From: Auanema rhodensis
Lineage: Eukaryota > Animalia > Nematoda
Length of the DNA stretch: 64,000 nucleotides
Direction of reading: 5' to 3'
Assembly: GCA_964057225.1 (NCBI GenBank)
Contig: OZ059898.1
Coordinates: 3,162,001 to 3,226,000 of the forward strand
Made by a program: the position numbers and the translations under genes. The notes below the pieces were generated by a model. That model was not told the origin of the DNA and did no database searches. It was given only the letters and a program-made list of their open reading frames with translations. This document shows positions 25,269 through 40,000 of the stretch, in pieces. Each line of letters starts with the position of its first letter. Positions within the stretch are counted from its first letter, which is position 1.

Positions 25269-28200
25269 AGTGCATTCGATGCGGATTTTCAAGCTGCGTC
25301 GATCTGTGTTATCAGATTTGCGCTAGCTTAAAAATGCACCGAGATATCAACTGATATAAGTTCACACTTATATCTTCGATTTTCACCCTGAAGAAATAAT
25401 TTTTTCGTTGAATAACATTGTCCATCGTCTTTGCTTTGAAAAAAGGAATCTAAAAACATCTACTTTTTGCTAAATTATTTTGAAATTTTTCGAAAAAAGT
25501 TTTGTCAAAATGTTTTTGGAAGCAATGTTGAGTGTACATGGAAACTCAACATACACTAATGCATCATTTTTCAAACGATCATAACTAATTTTTGTATTAA
25601 GCTTTTCTCAATGTAGTATAGTGCATTCGATGCGGATTTTCAAGCTGCGTCGATCTGTGTTATCAGATTTGCGCTAGCTTAAAAATGCACCGAGATATCA
25701 ACTGATACAAGTTCACACTTATATCTTCGATTTTCACCCTGAAGAAATAATTTTTTCGTTGAATAACATTGTCCATCGTCTTTGCTTTGAAAAAAGGATT
25801 CTAAAAACATCTACTTTTTGCTAAATTATTTTGAAATTTTTCGAAAAAATTTTTGTCAAAATGTTTTTGGAAGCAATGTTGAGTGTACATGGAAACTCAA
25901 CATACACTAATGCATCATTTTTCAAACGATCATAACTAATTTTTGTATCAAGCGTTTCTTAATGTTGTATAGTGCATTCGATCCGGATTTTTAAGCTGCG
26001 TCGATCTGTGTTATCAGATTTGCGCTAGCTTAAAAATGCACCGAGATATCAACTGATATAAGTTCACACTTATATCCTCGATTTTCACCCTGAAGAAATA
26101 ATTTTTTCGTTGAATAACATCGTCCATCGTCTTTGCCTTGAAAAAAGGAATCTAAAAACATCTACTTTCTGCTAAATTATTTTGAAATTTTTCGAAAAAA
26201 TTTTTGTCAAAATGTTTTTGGAAGCAATGTTGAGTGTACATGGAAACTCAACATACACTAATGCATCATTTTTCAAACGATCATAACTAATTTTTGTATC
26301 AAGCGTTCCTCAATGTAGTAAAGTGCATTCGATGCGGATTTTTAAGCTGCGTCGATCTGTGTTATCAGATTTGCGCTAGCTTAAAAATGCACCGAGATAT
26401 CAACTGATATAAGTTCACACTTATATCCTCGATTTTCACCCTGAAGAATTAATTTGTTCGTTGAATAACATTGTCTATCGTCTTTGCCTTGAGAAATGGA
26501 ATCTAAAAACATCTACTTTTTGCTAAATTATTCTGAAATTTTTCGAAAAAATTTTTGTCAAAATGTTTTTGGAAGCAATGTTGAGTGTACATGGAAACTC
26601 AACATACACTAATGCATCATTTTTCAAACGATCATAACTAATTTTTGTATCAAGCGTTTTTCAATGTAGTATAGTGCATTCGATCCGGATTTTCAAGCTG
26701 CGTCGATCTGTGTTATCAGATTTGCGCTAGCTTAAAAATGCACCGAGATATCAACTGATACAAGTTCACACTTATATCTTCGATTTTCACCCTGAAGAAA
26801 TAATTTTTTCGTTGAATAACATTGTCCATCGTCTTTGCTTTGAAAAAAGGATTCTAAAAACATCTACTTTTTGCTAAATTATTTTGAAATTTTTCGAAAA
26901 AAGTTTTGTCAAAATGTTTTTGGAAGCAATGTTGAGTGTACATGGAAACTCAACATACACTAATGCATCATTTTTCAAACGATCATAACTAATTTTTGTA
27001 TTAAGCGTTTTTCAATGTAGTATAGTGCATTCGATGCGGATTTTTAAGCTGCGTCGATCTTTGTTATCAGATTTGCGCTAGCTTAAAAATGCACCGAGAT
27101 ATCAACTGATACAAGTTCACACTTATATCTTCGATTTTCACCCTGAAGAAATAATTTTTTCGTTGAATAACATTGTCCATCGTCTTTGCTTTGAAAAAAG
27201 GATTCTAAAAACATCTACTTTTTGCTAAATTATCTTGAAATTTTTCGAAAAAATTTTTGTCAAAATGTTTTTGGAAGCAATGTTGAGTGTACATGGAAAC
27301 TCAACATACACTAATGCATCATTTTTCAAACGATCATAACTAATTTTTGTATCAAGCGTTTCTTAATGTTGTATAGTGCATTCGATCCGGATTTTTAAGC
27401 TGCGTCGATCTGTGTTATCAGATTTGCGCTAGCTTAAAAATGCACCGAGATATCAACTGATATAAGTTCACACTTATATCCTCGATTTTCACCCTGAAGA
27501 AATAATTTTTTCGTTGAATAACATCGTCCATCGTCTTTGCCTTGAAAAAAGGAATCTAAAAACATCTACTTTCTGCTAAATTATTTTGAAATTTTTCGAA
27601 AAAATTTTTGTCAAAATGTTTTTGGAAGCAATGTTGAGTGTACATGGAAACTCAACATACACTAATGCATCATTTTTCAAACGATCATAACTAATTTTTG
27701 TATTAAGCGTTTCTCAATGTAGTAAAGTGCATTCGATGCGGATTTTTAAGCTGCGTCGATCTGTGTTATCAGATTTGCGCTAGCTTAAAAATGCACCGAG
27801 ATATCAACTGATATAAGTTCACACTTATATCCTCGATTTTCACCCTGAAGAAATAATTTTTTCGTTGAATAACATCGTCCATCGTCTTTGCCTTGAAAAA
27901 AGGAATCTAAAAACATCTACTTTCTGCTAAATTATTTTGAAATTTTTCGAAAAAATTTTTGTCAAAATGTTTTTGGAAGCAATGTTGAGTGTACATGGAA
28001 ACTCAACATACACTAATGCATCATTTTTCAAACGATCATAACTAATTTTTGTATCAAGCGTTTCTTAATGTTGTATAGTGCATTCGATCCGGATTTTTAA
28101 GCTGCGTCGATCTGTGTTATCAGATTTGCGCTAGCTTAAAAATGCACCGAGATATCAACTGATATAAGTTCACACTTATATCCTCGATTTTCACCCTGAA

Positions 28201-31200
28201 GAAATAATTTTTTCGTTGAATAACATCGTCCATCGTCTTTGCCTTGAAAAAAGGAATCTAAAAACATCTACTTTCTGCTAAATTATTTTGAAATTTTTCG
28301 AAAAAATTTTTGTCAAAATGTTTTTGGAAGCAATGTTGAGTGTACATGGAAACTCAACATACACTAATGCATCATTTTTCAAACGATCATAACTAATTTT
28401 TGTATTAAGCGTTTCTCAATGTAGTAAAGTGCATTCGATGCGGATTTTTAAGCTGCGTCGATCTGTGTTATCAGATTTGCGCTAGCTTAAAAATGCACCG
28501 AGATATCAACTGATATAAGTTCACACTTATATCCTCGATTTTCACCCTGAAGAATTAATTTGTTCGTTGAATAACATTGTCTATCGTCTTTGCCTTGAGA
28601 AATGGAATCTAAAAACATCTACTTTTTGCTAAATTATTCTGAAATTTTTCGAAAAAATTTTTGTCAAAATGTTTTTGGAAGCAATGTTGAGTGTACATGG
28701 AAACTCAACATACACTAATGCATCATTTTTCAAACGATCATAACTAATTTTTGTATTAAGCGTTTCTCAATGTAGTAAAGTGCATTCGATGCGGATTTTT
28801 AAGCTGCGTCGATCTTTGTTATCAGATTTGCGCTAGCTTAAAAATGCACCGAGATATCAACTGATACAAGTTCACACTTATATCTTCGATTTTCACCCTG
28901 AAGAAATAATTTTTTCGTTGAATAACATTGTCCATCGTCTTTGCCTTGAAAAAAGGAATCTAAAAACATCTACTTTTTGCTAAATTATTTTGAAATTTTC
29001 CGAAAAAATTTTTGTCAAAATGTTTTTGGAAGCAATGTTGAGTGTACATGGAAACTCAACATACACTAATGCATCATTTTTCAAACGATCATAACTAATT
29101 TTTGTATTAAGCGTTTTTCAATGTAGTATAGTGCATTCGATGCGGATTTTCAAGCTGCGTCGATCTGTGTTATCAGATTTGCGCTAGCTTAAAAATGCAC
29201 CGAGATATCAACTGATATAAGTTCACACTTATATCCTCGATTTTCATCCTGAAGAATTAATTTTTTCGTTGAATAACATTGTCCATCGTCTTTGCCTTGA
29301 AAAATCAAATCTAAAAACATCTACTTTTCGCTAAATTATTTTGAAATTTTTCGAAAAAATTTTTGTCAAAATGTTTTTGGAAGCAATGTTGAGTGTACAT
29401 GGAAACTCAACATACACTAATGCATCATTTTTCAAACGATCATAACTAATTTTTGTATCAAGCGTTTTTCAATGTAGTATAGTGCATTCGATGCGGATTT
29501 TTAAGCTGCGTCGATCTGTGTTATCAGATTTGCGCTAGCTTAAAAATGCACCGAGATATCAACTGATATAAGTTCACACTTATATCCTCGATTTTCACCC
29601 TGAAGAATTAATTTTCTCGTTGAATAACATTGTCCATCGTCTTTGCCTTGAAAAAAGGAATCTAAAAACATCTACTTTTTGCTAAATTATTTTGAAATTT
29701 TCCGAAAAAATTTTTGTCAAAATGTTTTTGGAAGCAATGTTGAGTGTACATGGAAACTCAACATACACTAATGCATCATTTTTCAAACGATCATAACTAA
29801 TTTTTGTATTAAGCGTTTTTCAATGTAGTATAGTGCATTCGATGCGGATTTTTAAGCTGCGTCGATCTGTGTTATCAGATTTGCGCTAGCTTAAAAATGC
29901 ACCGAGATATCAACTGATATAAGTTCACACTTATATCCTCGATTTTCACCCTGAAGAATTAATTTTCTCGTTGAATAACATTGTCCATCGTCTTTGCCTT
30001 GAAAAAAGGAATCTAAAAACATCTACTTTTTGCTAAATTATTTTGAAATTTTCCGAAAAAATTTTTGTCAAAATGTTTTTGGAAGCAATGTTGAGTGTAC
30101 ATGGAAACTCAACATACACTAATGCATCATTTTTCAAACGATCATAACTAATTTTTGTATTAAGCGTTTTTCAATGTAGTATAGTGCATTCGATGCGGAT
30201 TTTTAAGCTGCGTCGATCTGTGTTATCAGATTTGCGCTAGCTTAAAAATGCACCGAGATATCAACTGATATAAGTTCACACTTATATCCTCGATTTTCAC
30301 CCTGAAGAATTAATTTTCTCGTTGAATAACATTGTCCATCGTCTTTGCCTTGAAAAAAGGAATCTAAAAACATCTACTTTTTGCTAAATTATTTTGAAAT
30401 TTTTCGAAAAAAGTTTTGTCAAAATGTTTTTGGAAGCAATGTTGAGTGTACATGGAAACTCAACATACACTAATGCATCATTTTTCAAACGATCATAACT
30501 AATTTTTGTATTAAGCTTTTCTCAATGTAGTATAGTGCATTCGATGCGGATTTTCAAGCTGCGTCGATCTGTGTTATCAGATTTGCGCTAGCTTAAAAAT
30601 GCACCGAGATATCAACTGATATAAGTTCACACTTATATCTTCGATTTTCACCCTGAAGAAATAATTTTTTCGTTGAATAACATTGTCCATCGTCTTTGCT
30701 TTGAAAAAAGGATTCTAAAAACATCTACTTTTTGCTAAATTATTTTGAAATTTTTCGAAAAAAGTTTTGTCAAAATGTTTTTGGAAGCAATGTTGAGTGT
30801 ACATGGAAACTCAACATACACTAATGCATCATTTTTCAAACGATCATAACTAATTTTTGTATTAAGCTTTTCTCAATGTAGTATAGTGCATTCGATGCGG
30901 ATTTTTAAGCTGCGTCGATCTGTGTTATCAGATTTGCGCTAGCTTAAAAATGCACCGAGATATCAACTGATATAAGTTCACACTTATATCCTCGATTTTC
31001 ACCCTGAAGAATTAATTTTTTCGTTGAATAACATTGTCTATCGTCTTTGCCTTGAAAAATGGAATCTAAAAACATCTACTTTTTGCTAAATTATTCTGAA
31101 ATTTTTCGAAAAAATTTTTGTCAAAATGTTTTTGGAAGCAATGTTGAGTGTACATGGAAACTCAACATACACTAATGCATCATTTTTCAAACGATCATAA

Positions 31201-34000
31201 CTAATTTTTGTATCAAGCGTTTTTCAATGTAGTATAGTGCATTCGATGCGGATTTTTAAGCTGCGTCGATCTTTGTTATCAGATTTGCGCTAGCTTAAAA
31301 ATGCACCGAGATATCAACTGATACAAGTTCACACTTATATCTTCGATTTTCACCCTGAAGAAATAATTTTTTCGTTGAATAACATTGTCCATCGTCTTTG
31401 CTTTGAAAAAAGGATTCTAAAAACATCTACTTTTTGCTAAATTATTTTGAAATTTTTCGAAAAAATTTTTGTCAAAATGTTTTTGGAAGCAATGTTGAGT
31501 GTACATGGAAACTCAACATACACTAATGCATCATTTTTCAAACGATCATAACTAATTTTTGTATCAAGCGTTTCTTAATGTTGTATAGTGCATTCGATCC
31601 GGATTTTTAAGCTGCGTCGATCTGTGTTATCAGATTTGCGCTAGCTTAAAAATGCACCGAGATATCAACTGATATAAGTTCACACTTATATCCTCGATTT
31701 TCACCCTGAAGAAATAATTTTTTCGTTGAATAACATCGTCCATCGTCTTTGCCTTGAAAAAAGGAATCTAAAAACATCTACTTTCTGCTAAATTATTTTG
31801 AAATTTTTCGAAAAAATTTTTGTCAAAATGTTTTTGGAAGCAATGTTGAGTGTACATGGAAACTCAACATACACTAATGCATCATTTTTCAAACGATCAT
31901 AACTAATTTTTGTATCAAGCGTTCCTCAATGTAGTAAAGTGCATTCGATGCGGATTTTTAAGCTGCGTCGATCTGTGTTATCAGATTTGCGCTAGCTTAA
32001 AAATGCACCGAGATATCAACTGATATAAGTTCACACTTATATCCTCGATTTTCACCCTGAAGAATTAATTTGTTCGTTGAATAACATTGTCTATCGTCTT
32101 TGCCTTGAGAAATGGAATCTAAAAACATCTACTTTTTGCTAAATTATTCTGAAATTTTTCGAAAAAATTTTTGTCAAAATGTTTTTGGAAGCAATGTTGA
32201 GTGTACATGGAAACTCAACATACACTAATGCATCATTTTTCAAACGATCATAACTAATTTTTGTATCAAGCGTTTTTCAATGTAGTATAGTGCATTCGAT
32301 CCGGATTTTCAAGCTGCGTCGATCTGTGTTATCAGATTTGCGCTAGCTTAAAAATGCACCGAGATATCAACTGATACAAGTTCACACTTATATCTTCGAT
32401 TTTCACCCTGAAGAAATAATTTTTTCGTTGAATAACATTGTCCATCGTCTTTGCTTTGAAAAAAGGATTCTAAAAACATCTACTTTTTGCTAAATTATTT
32501 TGAAATTTTTCGAAAAAAGTTTTGTCAAAATGTTTTTGGAAGCAATGTTGAGTGTACATGGAAACTCAACATACACTAATGCATCATTTTTCAAACGATC
32601 ATAACTAATTTTTGTATTAAGCGTTTTTCAATGTAGTATAGTGCATTCGATGCGGATTTTTAAGCTGCGTCGATCTTTGTTATCAGATTTGCGCTAGCTT
32701 AAAAATGCACCGAGATATCAACTGATACAAGTTCACACTTATATCTTCGATTTTCACCCTGAAGAAATAATTTTTTCGTTGAATAACATCGTCCATCGTC
32801 TTTGCCTTGAAAAAAGGAATCTAAAAACATCTACTTTCTGCTAAATTATTTTGAAATTTTTCGAAAAAATTTTTGTCAAAATGTTTTTGGAAGCAATGTT
32901 GAGTGTACATGGAAACTCAACATACACTAATGCATCATTTTTCAAACGATCATAACTAATTTTTGTATTAAGCGTTTCTCAATGTAGTAAAGTGCATTCG
33001 ATGCGGATTTTTAAGCTGCGTCGATCTGTGTTATCAGATTTGCGCTAGCTTAAAAATGCACCGAGATATCAACTGATATAAGTTCACACTTATATCCTCG
33101 ATTTTCACCCTGAAGAAATAATTTTTTCGTTGAATAACATCGTCCATCGTCTTTGCCTTGAAAAAAGGAATCTAAAAACATCTACTTTCTGCTAAATTAT
33201 TTTGAAATTTTTCGAAAAAATTTTTGTCAAAATGTTTTTGGAAGCAATGTTGAGTGTACATGGAAACTCAACATACACTAATGCATCATTTTTCAAACGA
33301 TCATAACTAATTTTTGTATCAAGCGTTTCTTAATGTTGTATAGTGCATTCGATCCGGATTTTTAAGCTGCGTCGATCTGTGTTATCAGATTTGCGCTAGC
33401 TTAAAAATGCACCGAGATATCAACTGATATAAGTTCACACTTATATCCTCGATTTTCACCCTGAAGAAATAATTTTTTCGTTGAATAACATCGTCCATCG
33501 TCTTTGCCTTGAAAAAAGGAATCTAAAAACATCTACTTTCTGCTAAATTATTTTGAAATTTTTCGAAAAAATTTTTGTCAAAATGTTTTTGGAAGCAATG
33601 TTGAGTGTACATGGAAACTCAACATACACTAATGCATCATTTTTCAAACGATCATAACTAATTTTTGTATTAAGCGTTTCTCAATGTAGTAAAGTGCATT
33701 CGATGCGGATTTTTAAGCTGCGTCGATCTGTGTTATCAGATTTGCGCTAGCTTAAAAATGCACCGAGATATCAACTGATATAAGTTCACACTTATATCCT
33801 CGATTTTCACCCTGAAGAATTAATTTGTTCGTTGAATAACATTGTCTATCGTCTTTGCCTTGAGAAATGGAATCTAAAAACATCTACTTTTTGCTAAATT
33901 ATTCTGAAATTTTTCGAAAAAATTTTTGTCAAAATGTTTTTGGAAGCAATGTTGAGTGTACATGGAAACTCAACATACACTAATGCATCATTTTTCAAAC
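24000..34000. repeat. ~5-kb block duplication, later remodelled (offset 14 to 16 monomers)
   Basis: The TTTTCAAG+CATCC monomer marker is at 24237/29151 (14x351). The unique GTTCCTC marker is at 26308/31924 (16x351). The order of monomer types is largely retained. Confidence 0.8.
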
Positions 34001-37000
34001 GATCATAACTAATTTTTGTATTAAGCGTTTTTCAATGTAGTATAGTGCATTCGATGCGGATTTTTAAGCTGCGTCGATCTGTGTTATCAGATTTGCGCTA
34101 GCTTAAAAATGCACCGAGATATCAACTGATATAAGTTCACACTTATATCCTCGATTTTCACCCTGAAGAATCAATTTTTTCGTTGAATAACATTGTCTAT
34201 CGTCTTTGCCTTGAAAAATGGAATCTAAAAACATCTACTTTTTGCTAAATTATTTTGAAATTTTTCGAAAAAATTTTTGTCAAAATGTTTTTGGAAGCAA
34301 TGTTGAGTGTACATGGAAACTCAACATACACTAATGCATCATTTTTCAAACGATCATAACTAATTTTTGTATCAAGCGTTTTTCAATGTAGTATAGTGCA
34401 TTCGATGCGGATTTTTAAGCTGCGTCGATCTGTGTTATCAGATTTGCGCTAGCTTAAAAATGCACCGAGATATCAACTGATACAAGTTCACACTTATATC
34501 TTCGATTTTCACCCTGAAGAAATAATTTTTTCGTTGAATAACATTGTCCATCGTCTTTGCTTTGAAAAAAGGATTCTAAAAACATCTACTTTTTGCTAAA
34601 TTATTTTGAAATTTTTCGAAAAAAGTTTTGTCAAAATGTTTTTGGAAGCAATGTTGAGTGTACATGGAAACTCAACATACACTAATGCATCATTTTTCAA
34701 ACGATCATAACTAATTTTTGTATTAAGCTTTTCTCAATGTAGTATAGTGCATTCGATGCGGATTTTTAAGCTGCGTCGATCTGTGTTATCAGATTTGCGC
34801 TAGCTTAAAAATGCACCGAGATATCAACTGATATAAGTTCACACTTATATCCTCGATTTTCACCCTGAAGAATTAATTTTTTCGTTGAATAACATTGTCT
34901 ATCGTCTTTGCCTTGAAAAATGGAATCTAAAAACATCTACTTTTTGCTAAATTATTCTGAAATTTTTCGAAAAAATTTTTGTCAAAATGTTTTTGGAAGC
35001 AATGTTGAGTGTACATGGAAACTCAACATACACTAATGCATCATTTTTCAAACGATCATAACTAATTTTTGTATCAAGCGTTTTTCAATGTAGTATAGTG
35101 CATTCGATGCGGATTTTTAAGCTGCGTCGATCTGTGTTATCAGATTTGCGCTAGCTTAAAAATGCACCGAGATATCAACTGATACAAGTTCACACTTATA
35201 TCTTCGATTTTCACCCTGAAGAAATAATTTTTTCGTTGAATAACATTGTCCATCGTCTTTGCTTTGAAAAAAGGATTCTAAAAACATCTACTTTTTGCTA
35301 AATTATTTTGAAATTTTTCGAAAAAATTTTTGTCAAAATGTTTTTGGAAGCAATGTTGAGTGTACATGGAAACTCAACATACACTAATGCATCATTTTTC
35401 AAACGATCATAACTAATTTTTGTATCAAGCGTTTCTTAATGTTGTATAGTGCATTCGATCCGGATTTTTAAGCTGCGGTGATCTGTGTTATCAGATTTGC
35501 GCTAGCTTAAAAATGCACCGAGATATCAACTGATACAAGTTCACACTTATATCTTCGATTTTCACCCTGAAGAAATAATTTTTTCGTTGAATAACATTGT
35601 CCATCGTCTTTGCTTTGAAAAAAGGATTCTAAAAACATCTACTTTTTGCTAAATTATTTTGAAATTTTTCGAAAAAATTTTTGTCAAAATGTTTTTGGAA
35701 GCAATGTTGAGTGTACATGGAAACTCAACATACACTAATGCATCATTTTTCAAACGATCATAACTAATTTTTGTATTAAGCTTTTCTCAATGTAGTATAG
35801 TGCATTCGATGCGGATTTTTAAGCTGCGTCGATCTGTGTTATCAGATTTGCGCTAGCTTAAAAATGCACCGAGATATCAACTGATATAAGTTCACACTTA
35901 TATCCTCGATTTTCACCCTGAAGAATTAATTTTTTCGTTGAATAACATTGTCTATCGTCTTTGCCTTGAAAAATGGAATCTAAAAACATCTATTTTTTGC
36001 TAAATTATTCTGAAATTTTTCGAAAAAATTTTTGTCAAAATGTTTTTGGAAGCAATGTTGAGTGTACATGGAAACTCAACATACACTAATGCATCATTTT
36101 TCAAACGATCATAACTAATTTTTGTATCAAGCGTTTCTTAATGTTGTATAGTGCATTCGATCCGGATTTTTAAGCTGCGTCGATCTGTGTTATCAGATTT
36201 GCGCTAGCTTAAAAATGCACCGAGATATCAACTGATATAAATTCACACTTATATCCTCGATTTTCACCCTGAAGAAATAATTTTTTCGTTGAATAACATC
36301 GTCCATCGTCTTTGCCTTGAAAAAAGGAATCTAAAAACATCTACTTTTTGCTAAATTATTCTGAAATTTTTCGAAAAAATTTTTGTCAAAATGTTTTTGG
36401 AAGCAATGTTGAGTGTACATGGAAACTCAACATACACTAATGCATCATTTTTCAAACGATCATAACTAATTTTTGTATCAAGCGTTTCTTAATGTTGTAT
36501 AGTGCATTCGATCCGGATTTTTAAGCTGCGTCGATCTGTGTTATCAGATTTGCGCTAGCTTAAAAATGCACCGAGATATCAACTGATATAAGTTCACACT
36601 TATATCCTCGATTTTCACCCTGAAGAAATAATTTTTTCGTTGAATAACATCGTCCATCGTCTTTGCCTTGAAAAAAGGAATCTAAAAACATCTACTTTTT
36701 GCTAAATTATTTTGAAATTTTTCGAAAAAATTTTTGTCAAAATGTTTTTGGAAGCAATGTTGAGTGTACATGGAAACTCAACATACACTAATGCATCATT
36801 TTTCAAACGATCATAACTAATTTTTGTATTAAGCTTTTCTCAATGTAGTATAGTGCATTCGATGCGGATTTTTAAGCTGCGTCGATCTGTGTTATCAGAT
36901 TTGCGCTAGCTTAAAAATGCACCGAGATATCAACTGATATAAGTTCACACTTATATCCTCGATTTTCACCCTGAAGAATTAATTTTTTCGTTGAATAACA

Positions 37001-40000
37001 TTGTCTATCGTCTTTGCCTTGAAAAATGGAATCTAAAAACATCTACTTTTTGCTAAATTATTCTGAAATTTTTCGAAAAAATTTTTGTCAAAATGTTTTT
37101 GGAAGCAATGTTGAGTGTACATGGAAACTCAACATACACTAATGCATCATTTTTCAAACGATCATAACTAATTTTTGTATCAAGCGTTTCTTAATGTTGT
37201 ATAGTGCATTCGATCCGGATTTTTAAGCTGCGTCGATCTGTGTTATCAGATTTGCGCTAGCTTAAAAATGCACAGAGATATCAACTGATATAAGTTCACA
37301 CTTATATCCTCGATTTTCACCCTGAAGAAATAATTTTTTCGTTGAATAACATCGTCCATCGTCTTTGCCTTGAAAAAAGGAATCTAAAAACATCTACTTT
37401 TTGCTAAATTATTCTGAAATTTTTCGAAAAAATTTTTGTCAAAATGTTTTTGGAAGCAATGTTGAGTGTACATGGAAACTCAACATACACTAATGCATCA
37501 TTTTTCAAACGATCATAACTAATTTTTGTATCAAGCGTTTTTCAATGTAGTATAGTGCATTCGATGCGGATTTTTAAGCTGCGTCGATCTGTGTTATCAG
37601 ATTTGCGCTAGCTTAAAAATGCACCGAGATATCAACTGATACAAGTTCACACTTATATCTTCGATTTTCACCCTGAAGAAATAATTTTTTCGTTGAATAA
37701 CATTGTCCATCGTCTTTGCTTTGAAAGAAGGATTCTAAAAACATCTACTTTTTGCTAAATTATTTTGAAATTTTTCGAAAAAATTTTTGTCAAAATGTTT
37801 TTGGAAGCAATGTTGAGTGTACATGGAAACTCAACATACACTAATGCATCATTTTTCAAACGATCATAACTAATTTTTGTATCAAGCGTTTCTTAATGTT
37901 GTATAGTGCATTCGATCCGGATTTTTAAGCTGCGTCGATCTGTGTTATCAGATTTGCGCTAGCTTAAAAATGCACCGAGATATCAACTGATATAAGTTCA
38001 CACTTATATCCTCGATTTTCACCCTGAAGAAATAATTTTTTCGTTGAATAACATCGTCCATCGTCTTTGCCTTGAAAAAAGGAATCTAAAAACATCTACT
38101 TTTTGCTAAATTATTTTGAAATTTTTCGAAAAAATTTTTGTCAAAATGTTTTTGGAAGCAATGTTGAGTGTACATGGAAACTCAACATACACTAATGCAT
38201 CATTTTTCAAACGATCATAACTAATTTTTGTATCAAGCGTTTCTTAATGTTGTATAGTGCATTCGATCCGGATTTTTAAGCTGCGTCGATCTGTGTTATC
38301 AGATTTGCGCTAGCTTAAAAATGCACAGAGATATCAACTGATATAAGTTCACACTTATATCCTCGATTTTCACCCTGAAGAAATAATTTTTTCGTTGAAT
38401 AACATCGTCCATCGTCTTTGCCTTGAAAAAAGGAATCTAAAAACATCTACTTTTTGCTAAATTATTCTGAAATTTTTCGAAAAAATTTTTGTCAAAATGT
38501 TTTTGGAAGCAATGTTGAGTGTACATGGAAACTCAACATACACTAATGCATCATTTTTCAAACGATCATAACTAATTTTTGTATCAAGCGTTTTTCAATG
38601 TAGTATAGTGCATTCGATGCGGATTTTTAAGCTGCGTCGATCTGTGTTATCAGATTTGCGCTAGCTTAAAAATGCACCGAGATATCAACTGATACAAGTT
38701 CACACTTATATCTTCGATTTTCACCCTGAAGAAATAATTTTTTCGTTGAATAACATTGTCCATCGTCTTTGCTTTGAAAGAAGGATTCTAAAAACATCTA
38801 CTTTTTGCTAAATTATTTTGAAATTTTTCGAAAAAATTTTTGTCAAAATGTTTTTGGAAGCAATGTTGAGTGTACATGGAAACTCAACATACACTAATGC
38901 ATCATTTTTCAAACGATCATAACTAATTTTTGTATCAAGCGTTTCTTAATGTTGTATAGTGCATTCGATCCGGATTTTTAAGCTGCGTCGATCTGTGTTA
39001 TCAGATTTGCGCTAGCTTAAAAATGCACCGAGATATCAACTGATATAAGTTCACACTTATATCCTCGATTTTCACCCTGAAGAAATAATTTTTTCGTTGA
39101 ATAACATCGTCCATCGTCTTTGCCTTGAAAAAAGGAATCTAAAAACATCTACTTTCTGCTAAATTATTTTGAAATTTTTCGAAAAAATTTTTGTCAAAAT
39201 GTTTTTGGAAGCAATGTTGAGTGTACATGGAAACTCAACATACACTAATGCATCATTTTTCAAACGATCATAACTAATTTTTGTATTAAGCGTTTCTCAA
39301 TGTAGTAAAGTGCATTCGATGCGGATTTTTAAGCTGCGTCGATCTGTGTTATCAGATTTGCGCTAGCTTAAAAATGCACCGAGATATCAACTGATATAAG
39401 TTCACACTTATATCCTCGATTTTCACCCTGAAGAATTAATTTGTTCGTTGAATAACATTGTCTATCGTCTTTGCCTTGAGAAATGGAATCTAAAAACATC
39501 TACTTTTTGCTAAATTATTTTGAAATTTTTCGAAAAAATTTTTGTCAAAATGTTTTTGGAAGCAATGTTGAGTGTACATGGAAACTCAACATACACTAAT
39601 GCATCATTTTTCAAACGATCATAACTAATTTTTGTATTAAGCGTTTTTCAATGTAGTATAGTGCATTCGATGCGGATTTTTAAGCTGCGTCGATCTGTGT
39701 TATCAGATTTGCGCTAGCTTAAAAATGCACCGAGATATCAACTGATATAAGTTCACACTTATATCCTCGATTTTCACCCTGAAGAATCAATTTTTTCGTT
39801 GAATAACATTGTCTATCGTCTTTGCCTTGAAAAATGGAATCTAAAAACATCTACTTTTCGCTAAATTATTTTGAAATTTTTCGAAAAAATTTTTGTCAAA
39901 ATGTTTTTGGAAGCAATGTTGAGTGTACATGGAAACTCAACATACACTAATGCATCATTTTTCAAACGATCATAACTAATTTTTGTATCAAGCGTTTCTT

